A stretch of 64,000 nucleotides of DNA from Camelus ferus. Taxonomy: Eukaryota. Each line of letters opens with the position of its first letter. Position 1 is the first letter of the stretch. This document shows positions 1 to 9,600 of this stretch, piece after piece. The position numbers were made by a program, and so were the translations under genes. The notes under the pieces are model-generated. The model did not search any database. It was not told the DNA's origin and was given only the letters and a program-made list of their open reading frames with translations. The stretch lies in the NCBI RefSeq assembly GCF_009834535.1, contig NC_045696.1:30506001-30570000 (forward strand). Direction: 5' to 3'.

Positions 1-60
1 ATACACAGACAGATGTACACACATCCTTTTCTGTTTCTCTGGAGAGCCTTAACTAATACA
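1..60 (+). mobile_element. 3' end of an MLT2-type (ERVL) LTR, cut by the window edge
   Basis: CTGTTTCTCTGGAGAGCCTTAACTAATACA resembles the MLT2 terminus CTGTTTCTCTGGAGAACCCTGACTAATACA, preceded by a CA-rich tract. Confidence 0.65.
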
Positions 61-341
61 CTAGATGTATATTTTACTTTTTTTGTGATGGATATTTTAT
101 AGTTCTACACCTATTATTGAGCTTTGCTCTAAAATGTAATTATGCTTAACTATTTTGTTTCTTGCTTTTAGCAATTGTTAAGTGGGACCAGAAGAGAACT
201 TAATCTAGGGTTAGTTATTACACCCCTTTCTGAGGCAAGACCATTCTGGATAGTTCTCCCAATATCTTGTGAATTATGAAGCTTTCCTTTGTGAGCGCCA
301 GACACTGTTCCCTTTAAACCTTTTGGATAGTTCTTTCCTTG
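61..341 (-). mobile_element. Old L1 (L1M-type) 5' region, left part; interrupted by the MaLR provirus
   Basis: Motifs such as TGAGGCAAGACC...GTGAATTATGA...GATAGTTCTTTCC; similar to the old L1 5' region at ~62.2-62.5 kb; resumes at ~2947. Confidence 0.6.
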
Positions 342-717
342 TGTCTTAGTCAGCCTAAGCTGCAATAAAAAAGTAGCAGAGAGTGGGTGGCTCATTAAAA
401 AAAAAAAAGTCAGAAATTTGTTTCTCATGGTTTCGGAGGCTGGAAGTGTGAAATCAGGGTGTCAGCATGGTCAGGTTCTGGTGAGAACTCTCCTTTACAC
501 TCTGCAGATTGCAGATTTATCCTTGTATTTTCACAAGGCAGAAAGAGAGAAAGCTAGTTCTCTGGTCTCTTCTTATAAGGGCATTTATCTCATTCATGAG
601 GACTCTACTATCATGACTGAATTACCTTTCAAAGGCTTCACCTAATAAATAGCATCATATTGGGAATTAAATTTCAAAAATGAATTTTGAAGGTACATAA
701 GCATTCAGCCCATAACA
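342..717 (-). mobile_element. MLT1A-type 3' LTR
   Basis: TGTCTTAGTC...CAGAAATTTGTTTCTCATGGTTTCGGAGGCTGGAAG...CATTCAGCCCATAACA. Confidence 0.85.
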
Positions 718-2050
718 TTTTGCCCCTGACCACCAAAATTCATGTCCTTCTTTCATAAAAATTACATTTATTCCATCCCAACACTCACAAAAGTCTTGAC
801 TTTTTCCAGCATTAACTCTAAAATCTAAAGTCTCACCTAAATATAATCTAAATGAGACATGGGAGGGACTCAAGGTATGATTCATCCTAAGGCAGAATTT
901 CTCCCCAGCTGTCAACTTGCAAAACCAAACAAGTTACATGCTTCTAAAATATAATAATGGGACAGGAATAGGTTAGGCATTCCCATTCCAAAGGGAGGAA
1001 AAGGGAAGAAGAAAATGATGGTAAGTCCCAAACAAGTCCAAAACCTGGTGAGGCATGAGATCTTAAGTATTGGCTATAAACTCTTCAGCTCATTGCTCTG
1101 CCCCTCAGGCTCACTAGGGTAGTGGTCCTGCTGCCACAGGGGAGTGGGAGAGGTTCCTGCCTAACAGTTCTGCAGGCCAGAGATCAAGCCCCCATGGCTT
1201 TGGGAGGAGGTTGACTGCCTTACTGAAAATGAGGCAATGGCCCCCACTTTTGAAACTGAGGAAGCAGCCCTGATAATCTCTGAATCGCCTTCCTTTATGT
1301 TAGTAAATAGATGATGTTCACAGCCAAATAGCTTTATAATCCCATCCTGTAAATCTATAAAGCCTGACAATCTTTCTTAAGTCTGTCCTGTCTCCTTCTT
1401 CTTCAGTTCAAACTGCAGTTTTCTTGTTGGGGTAGTTGATTAAGTCCAGGGTTCATATGCATGCTAGTCTCCTTATCCAGTGGCTACTTAGCTATACACT
1501 TAGTATTCTCTTCTGAACATGCTTTCTCATTTTTAAGCAATATGGATGGGCTGAGAATTTTCCAAATTTAATTTCTAGTTCCTTTTTGCTTAATAATTCA
1601 ATCTTCAAGTCATTTCTCTCTACTCTTACATTTTACTCTAAGCAGTCAGGAGGACAAAGTGCTCCTTTACAAGTATTCTCCTGGCCTATATGTCTGGTCC
1701 CATTGCTTGTGAGTCTTCCCTTCCACAAAACACTAGAACAGGAATCCAGTTTGACCAATTTTTTGCCACTGTATAATAAGGATCATCTGTTTTTTGTTGT
1801 CCAGTAACAGTTCCTCATTTCTGCCTGAGACCTCACTAAAATGGCCTTTACTGTCCACATTTCTACCAGCACACTGTACATGATTATTTCTATATTCTCT
1901 AAGAAAACAAAACTTTCTTTAGATTTCTGAGACTTCAGTAGGTTTGCCTTTAAAAATCCTTGCACACCTATCTTGGCTTCTTCTACCTGCTTTTCAATAC
2001 TCTTCTAACCTCTTGCCACTACCCAGTTCCAGAGCTGCTTCCACATTTTT

Positions 2051-2528
2051 TCTTTTCTTTTTTTAACATTTTTTTATTGAGTTATAGTCATTTTACAATA
2101 TTGTATCAAATTCCAGTGTAGAGCACAATTTTTCAGTTATACATGAACATACATATATTCATTGTCACATTTTTTTTCGCTGTGAGCTATCACAAGATCT
2201 TGTATATATTTTTCCCCGTGCTACACAGTATAATCTTGTTTATCTATTCTGCAATATGCCTGTCAGTATCTACAAATTTTGAACTCCCAGTCTATCCCTT
2301 CCCACCCCTCCCCCTTGGCAACCACAAGTTTGTATTCTGTCTATATGTCTATGAATTGTTTCTGTTTTGTATTTATGTTCTTTTTTTTTTTTAAGATTCC
2401 ACATATGAGCGGTCTCATATGGTATTTTTCTTTCTCTTTCTGGCTTACTTCACTTAGAATGACATTCCCCAGGAACATCCATGTTGCTGCAAATGGCGTT
2501 ATGTTGTCGTTTTTTATGGCTGGAATAG
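2051..2528 (-). mobile_element. Young lineage-specific L1, 5'-truncated (ORF2 C-terminus, 3' UTR, poly-A)
   Basis: T-rich tail at left; perfect 15-bp TSD TGCTTCCACATTTTT at 2036-2050 and 2529-2543; TT/AAAA endonuclease site on the minus strand. Confidence 0.95.
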
Positions 2529-2586
2529 TGCTTCCACATTTTTAAGTATTTGTTACATCAACACCCCACTTCTCATTATCAATTTT

Positions 2587-2946
2587 TGTCTTAGGTAGTT
2601 TGAACTGCAGTAACAAATTACCATAGTCTGGATGGCTTAAGCAACAGACATTTATTTCTTACAGTTCTGGAGACTGGAAGTCCAAAAGCAGAGTGCTGGA
2701 ATGATATGATTTTGGTGAGGACTGCCTTCCAGGTTGAAGACTACAGATTTTTATATTCTTACATGGAGGGAAAAGAGCAAGTTAGCTCTCTGGTCTCTTC
2801 TTATGGGAACACTAATCCCATTCATGAGGACTCCACCTTCATGGCCTAATTACCTCCCAAAGGTGCCATCTCTTAAAAGGATGCCATCATGACATTGGGG
2901 ATTAAATTTCAACATGATTATCTGGGAGATATAAATAGTCATAATT
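2587..2946 (-). mobile_element. MLT1A-type 5' LTR
   Basis: Colinear with 342-717 (shared CTCTGGTCTCTTCTTAT, CATTCATGAGGACTC, ATTAAATTTCAA). Confidence 0.85.
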
Positions 2947-3390
2947 ATGTTTTAGGTAATTTTATTATATGCAATACAATGATCAACATTCTGCTGAATA
3001 CTCAAGAGATATATTCTGCTGGATGTCTGCAGTTTTCTGGATCTCTTTCCCTGTACCACTTTTTAATAATTGGTACTCTGTCTTGAAACTCTACTTCAGT
3101 TTGCTGCACCCTTAACTCTCTCTCTTCAAATACTATGATCTCTGATTTTGCTTAGGCACCTTTTCCTGGTGCCATTTCTAAAACTCTCCCGAGACAGAAA
3201 TTAATATTAAGACTACTTCACTTCTCTCTAGTATCCAAGGATTTAATGTCTTTTGTTGCTTGCTGGCCATTGTTTTGAAAACCACTGAATGATATAGTTT
3301 TGTCTCTTTTATTGTTTCTGTTTTTGTTTGTTATAGGAAGAAGTGTAAATATGACCCTTATTACTCCATCTGCATTGGAATCAGAAGTCT
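2947..3390 (-). mobile_element. Old L1 5' end, right part
   Basis: Ends in CCTTATTACTCCATCT...CAGAAGTC, a typical old-L1 5' terminus; similar to 62630-62670. Confidence 0.6.
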
Positions 3391-3426
3391 TTTTAATAGC
3401 ATTTTTTTCATTTTAAGAATTCAAGT

Positions 3427-3842
3427 GATATTGAGCATTTTTTCATGTGCTTTTTGATCATTTGTATGTCTTCCTTGGAGAATTGCTTGTTTAGGTCTTC
3501 TGCCCATTTTTGGATTGGGTTGTTTATTTTTTTCTTATTGAGTCGTATGAGCTGCTTATATATTCTGGAGATCAAGCCTTTGTCGGTTTCACTTGCAAAA
3601 ATTTTCTCCCATTCCGTAGGTTTTCTTCTTGTTTTACTTCTGGTTTCCTTTGCTGTGCAGAAGCTTGTAAGTTTCATTAGGTCCCATTTGTTTATTCTTG
3701 CTTTTATTTCTTCTAGGAGAAAATTTTTGAAATGTATGTCAGATAATGTTTTGCCTATGTTTTCCTCTAGGAGGTTTATTGTATCTTGTCTTATGTTTAA
3801 GACTTTAATCCATTTTGAGTTGATTTTTGTATATGGTGTAAG
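3427..3842 (-). pseudogene. Inverted L1 ORF2 fragment (about 138 stop-free codons, post-RT region)
   Basis: [12 protein letters not shown]...LLEENIG...[16 protein letters not shown]...WEKIFA...[11 protein letters not shown] is L1 ORF2p; part of ORF 3408-3881(-). Confidence 0.95.
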
Positions 3843-4222
3843 CCAGAAAGAGAAAGAAAAATACCATATGAGATCGCTCATATGTGGAATCTAAAAAACA
3901 AAAACAAAAACAAACAAACAAAAACAAAGCGTAAATACAGGACAGAAATAGACTCACAGACAGAGAATATAGACTTGTGGTTGCCAGGGGGGTGGAGGGT
4001 GGGAAGGGATAGACTGGGATTTCAAAATTGTAGAATAGATAAACAAGATTACACTGTGTAGCACAGGGAAATATACACAAAATGTTATGATAACTCAGAG
4101 AGAAAAAAATGTGACAATGAGTGTGTATATGTCCATGAATGACTGAAAAATTGTGCTGAACACTGGAATTTGACACAACATTGTAAAATGATTATAAATC
4201 GAATAAAAAATGTTAAAAAAAA
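3427..4222 (+). mobile_element. Young L1 insertion with 5' inversion (twin priming)
   Basis: Minus-strand ORF2 segment joined at GTAAG (3838-3842) to plus-strand ORF2 end, 3' UTR, AATAAA and poly-A; perfect 12-bp TSD AAGAATTCAAGT at 3415-3426 and 4223-4234. Confidence 0.95.
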
Positions 4223-5221
4223 AAGAATTCAAGTAAGTGATAAGGGAAGAAGGATAAGGAAATATGTTATTTGCCACAGTCATATACCTTCTTATGCGCA
4301 AGTAGGTTGAGAACCATGCTGCTGAGATGTGAAATATTTTGGCTACCACTAAAGTTAAGAAAGGCAAAAGACATAACTTTAACTAATTTGAAGAAAGCCA
4401 AGACCCTTGTAAGATGGAATTTCTAAACTATAAAGATAGTGTAGTATGTCAAAGGGTGAAATTCCAAACAGTGTGAAGCAGTGGCTTTAGCCATCTGAGC
4501 AGCATGGTATCCTGAAGATTGTCTTGTCATGCTGGAAGGTCATGTTCAGAAGGCTCACTAGAGAGGTTTCTCCCCACAGGGAAGGGAAGGAAGAGTGGCA
4601 GAAGTTTTCTGCATACTGTGAAGGTGTCTTTGTTCTCAGTGTGAGAGCAGGGTGGTCACAGCTCTCTAGGCTGAACTTGCTGTAAGCCCCTCCGTAATGC
4701 CTATGCAGAGAGCAGAAAGGTCAGTTTGGCCGTAGCCTTTTTTCACCCCTCCTGACCTTATAACATAAGTCCAGCTTCTTTTCCTTTCCAAAAGACAGGA
4801 TGAAGGACAGGGGACACCAAAAAACCAACCCTGAATTGGTATATAATTTTCACATAAGGAAAATAAAACCATGACACAATTCTAAACAACGGCATGAAAC
4901 GTGAGGGGAAAGGAAAATGAAATAGAATGCAAAAAACTTGTAGAAAAACGGCCATATTTTTAAGAGTCTATAATGCAGGAGCCAGTTTCTCTGGATTATT
5001 GCCTTCTGAAACATGTTAAAGTTGAGGTCTGTGACTTTTTTGGGTAGTTTTATAGTTTAGATGCTGTAAATATAATATATTGCCAAAACTACTTATATAA
5101 CACTGATTTATGTTTGTGCAATCCATGTATGTGTTGAATGGCATTGGATGGCTTTCTCTTAGAAGGATTCTTGGGTATTGATCAGTCTTTAAAATGAGTT
5201 TTGATCGTTATCTTCCACTTT

Positions 5222-5330
5222 AGTTTATAGATTATATATAAATATACAGATACAGATTTATATAGATAGATAGTAATATGCAGATATCTATATACATGAA
5301 TAGATGAATATACATACATGTGTGTATTGA
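5222..5330. repeat. Low-complexity TA/GATA/TACA-rich tract
   Basis: Degenerate di- and tetranucleotide repeats visible. Confidence 0.6.
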
Positions 5331-6141
5331 AAACCGTTTGAAATATGTTGACATTTTTCACTTGTTCATACTCCATTTATGAACTACTTTGTTTCAAATC
5401 GGTGATGAGTTTTATTGTTTAAAAACTTTTGATAGTAACCTTGACTACTTTCTTCATTTCCTTAAGCTTGTTTTACCTATTTTAGCATTTTATCTCATTC
5501 ATAAGTTAAAGTTTAACTTCTCTGCTGTTAAAGATCACAAAAGTGTTCTCCGTGGTGTATGGTGACATTTACGTGTCAGCCATCTTGGAACCATATTGGA
5601 ACAGCTGTTTCGGGATCATTCTCTTATAAGCTTTTAACACTGTTAACTATGGCATCTTGAATTTATACTAGTGTTGCTTTGTCTCCTTGTTGTGTATGAA
5701 GATTTATTTTTGTTCTAGTTAGCTGATAATTCATAAGTTTTCCATTTGAAATTTATTTCCCTATATAAAGTGATTTTTTGGGAACATGATTTAACCAGTG
5801 ACTTTTATCTAGTTACTGAAATTATATACTGATAGGTCATTGGCACATGATCTACAATTTATACAGCAAGCAAAAATCTTAGTCTAAATTTATTTAACTA
5901 ATACACTAAAGATAAGAGTATAAGTAAGCTTCATTTGAAAAGCCTTATAAAATGAATCTTGGGAATTCACAATCTAATATGTAAAGTGCTTTTTGTGTCC
6001 TGTGTTTGAAATGATTTTAACTATGTTTATATAAATAGTTGTTGTCAGGTTAGTTGAGTTTTTATTTTCCCCTTTTATGTATAATAATAATAATAGGATG
6101 CTGTTATGACTTTATTAACATTTGTTGAGTGGAGCACAGGG

Positions 6142-6628
6142 TGTCAGATGGTAAACCACAGTTCATCAGAAGACCAAAAGAGAGATTGAAATAGAAGTTT
6201 ATTTAACTCACAGTTCTTAAGTTCTGGAAGAATTAATTGGCATGCCTTGAGGGGCCACACAGCAAGGTCAAGGCAGAATGCAGACAGGACTGGCGACATA
6301 AGTCTTTATTAGTATCCAGTAGATGAGGGCATTAGGGTTCCTTGGCTGTGGTCTGATTGGTCAATTCAAACCAAAAGAGTGGGGTTTTGGTAAATCCTGC
6401 AAGGGCCTTATCTAAAGGGCACATAGGGCATGTAGGTTCTGGGAGGCAGGAGACACTGTTGACCAAAAGGGCTGTGGGGGAAGTCATCTCAGAAGCTTAT
6501 ATTTGCATCTAGGGCATTAGCTTGCATGAGGGGGCTAGAGTCAGGCTACGATCCCTACAAGGCCATTGGTTAAACAAAATGGACATGACCAGGGAGTAGT
6601 TTAGCTAAAGACTGGACAGATGCACACA
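6142..6628 (-). mobile_element. Solo ERVL-class LTR (MER74/MER54-like)
   Basis: Starts TGTCAG; AAGTTTATTTAACTCACAG and CCTTGAGGGGCCACA motifs; CTGATTGG (CCAAT box on the minus strand); sharp GC rise over flanks. Confidence 0.65.
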
Positions 6629-9600
6629 ATAGGATTTTGAGTAAACAGTGAAATAAAGGAGAAATCCAAGGCTTTGGGAACACCTGGTTCTTGTTTCAGT
6701 TGTCAGGATTACCTGTGTGACCTCTGATAGGTTCTTTACTGAACACAACCTTTACATAATTGTGTTCAAATATCTGGCACAAAGTTATAAGACAGTGGGC
6801 TTTTTATGGTCCTTTAACATGGATTTATGACATTAGATTCTTATTATCTTCCTTCAGTTGTTTTGTTTTCCTCTAGATCAGAGTATAGTTGGAAGGTTTA
6901 GGTTTTCCCTAAGATGATCTGGCCAATTTAGATTACCAATCAAAGCTAAATACTGGTGGCACCCAAAATAACATGAAAACTTAATCTAAAAGAAGTAAAC
7001 ATATCACTAATTTTTACAGGCTTGGATCAATATTAAAATTAATATTTTGTTACTTAGTATGTTTTCACAATTAGCCAGAGAAGCCCTCCTTTTTTCCTGT
7101 TGTACTAGTTTAGTTCTGGTTAGTTTAAACACTGATGGATTTCTTTTGATTCTTTGAGAAATGTAAAATCTTTAGTTAGCAAATAGGAAATTTAAATTGG
7201 ACCTTGTGAACTTAAAATGTATCTATAAATGTGAAAAATGTGTTTCCATAATACAGGACCTTTTCTATAATAAATTAAACCATGTAAGAGTGCTATTATT
7301 TTATTCTATTTGGCAAAGATCAAATATAGTATTTTAATGTTTAACTAAATATAATCAAATATAATTAATTATAATCAAAGATAAGTAATTCTACAAACTA
7401 TTTGTAACATATAACTTATTGCAAAAGAAACACTTGGTGATGAAAAATTTCAGAAGGGATACTGCTTCCAGAATCATGGAAAACAAACATCATTTTATTC
7501 TCATTGCATTTGAAAAAAATAATATTCTGGCATATCAGACATAATTTAAAATATTTGGCTTTTTACCTTTCTGCATTATTTAAATATATGTTCATTTTTT
7601 TAAAACAATTTTTCCTGGAAAGATCTTGACACTCAGTGGCATAACATCTCCAAGTTTCAGGCTGTCAGACAGTCACATTGGCACTGTCAGGCAAAAGGCT
7701 AATGAGTCTGAGATGGTCCTAAAATAAGGACTAAAACATTTGGGAGGCCTGGCAGATAACATTAAATAAATGGGAAATAATCAGCTCTAGAGCAGTTGAT
7801 TAGGAAAGAGGGCAAATTTTACTTGCAAATAGGACATAGTTGGCAGGTTAACCTGAGCAGGTCTCAGTGCTATTGAAATCTCATAATGGTGCTTTGTGAA
7901 AGCTTGCTCTTAAGCTTTGACATTTTATAATTAAGTTACTTGGTGCATTGTTTCTTTTTGGGTGATGGGCTATTTCAGGGAGAAAACCTTTTAAAAAAGA
8001 CTATAATGCTTTCAGTCCATTAATATAAACAAGTATCGTTAGCCTAAAATAAAATCAGCAAATAACCTTTTGGTTTTTTCTTTTCCAGTCTGTAGTTGCA
8101 ATTGTCTCTTTTTCTTTTTTCTTTTCTTTCATTTAATGGTCTGGACATAATGGTTTGAAAGAATGATTACCATTGGAAATCCCCATTCAATTCCTCCCAA
8201 ATATCAGAGCGCGAATGGAATTGCAGTAGGTTGCACTAAGCCATTTATGATATGACCTTATATTTTGAAATTTTAACTGACAGACAAAATGCTGTATATA
8301 TTTGTGGGAAAAAAATTGTATCTGGATGACTAGAAGAGAAATTATTTTCCTTATGTCTTATATAAAAATTGACTAATTAAAATTTGAGAAAAACTATTTA
8401 ATATTTATTTTCATATGTAAAATGAGTGTTTCAGTTTCTTGACTATAAGAAAAATATATCATCAAAAAATCAGCTTAAAAATTCAAGTTTTCTTATATTT
8501 AAATTGAGATATGACATTATTTTAGAATTTCCTTTGATATGTTATGAGTAAAGTAACTTGGAAATAACTTGTGTCAGTTCCACACCTGTAATTATGTGGA
8601 ATTATGTTAATTAGACTAACTAGAATGTGTTGAACATTAATGATTAATGATAAGAAAGAAAAGATCATAAAAATTCTAATAGAATTCAATTCTGATCTAG
8701 ATTGAATATTTTTACACAAAATGAAAGGAGTTATGCCAATAAATGGAACAATTAAATGCTAATAAAAACAGCAATAAGGGGAAGTATAATGATCAAGGTT
8801 TAGATTCTACTGAAATTTCAAACCATTGATATCTCTCCAGAGAGCATGATGTAATACTACAGTATATTCCTTCAACTATTCCTGTTATAGTTTTCAAGGT
8901 ATATATACCTCCCTTGTCTCATTTGCTCCTAATGAGAACCCTGTGGTGATGCTGACTAAACCAGAAACCACACCTCAAAGGTGAGACACCAAACTCCCAT
9001 GATGCACAGTGATGAAACTGGAATTATGGGTTAGATGTTCTTCTAAATTAGCATTGGGAATTCAACTAACATAAATGATACCAATATCATTTCTGTAAAA
9101 TAATGATATAAACAAAGTGATTGTCTAGATATGATTATAATATAAGTTCTAATCCAGGTATTGATCCTCTCCCTTTTCAAAAGTCAAATTTCTCTATTAT
9201 TTCTTTGGGAAAGAGAGGAATTATCTCAGTTCTAGGTGCAGACTCTTTTCACTGAGACTCTGTTCCTTCTGAATAGCCACTCTGTGATTCCTCCTCCTAG
9301 TCACTTTACTTGCCTAAAATGCCACCAGCTGATTTTCTTACGTATATATCTAGGATGAAGAGAATTATGCTTTTCTCTGAACAGGAAATTACTCAAAAGT
9401 TCAAGCACAGTATTATTGTCCTTAGAAACTTAGGATAAGTTTCTGGGGGAAAAAATAATACTTTTTTCCCTTGTTCAGGTGAAAATATTTGCTTTCTAAG
9501 CTGTTTTTATTCCTGTATCTCAAACTCTATTACCATTAATGAGTGCCAGTTAAGAATTTATTGTATAATTTTTATGCCCAAACAAGAGAACTAAATGATT

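Larger units (their letters stand above)
342..2946 (-). mobile_element. MaLR provirus (MLT1A-type) with both LTRs and internal region
   Basis: Two homologous ~370 bp LTRs (342-717, 2587-2946), each starting TGTCTTAG; MaLR internal leader next to the right LTR and a purine-rich tract next to the left LTR. Confidence 0.85.

Noticed and set aside
3408..3881. 157-aa ORF as a host gene
   Set aside because: It is L1 ORF2p sequence inside a TSD-flanked insertion
3987..4008. G-quadruplex motif
   Set aside because: The known G-rich tract of L1 3' UTRs; not locus-specific
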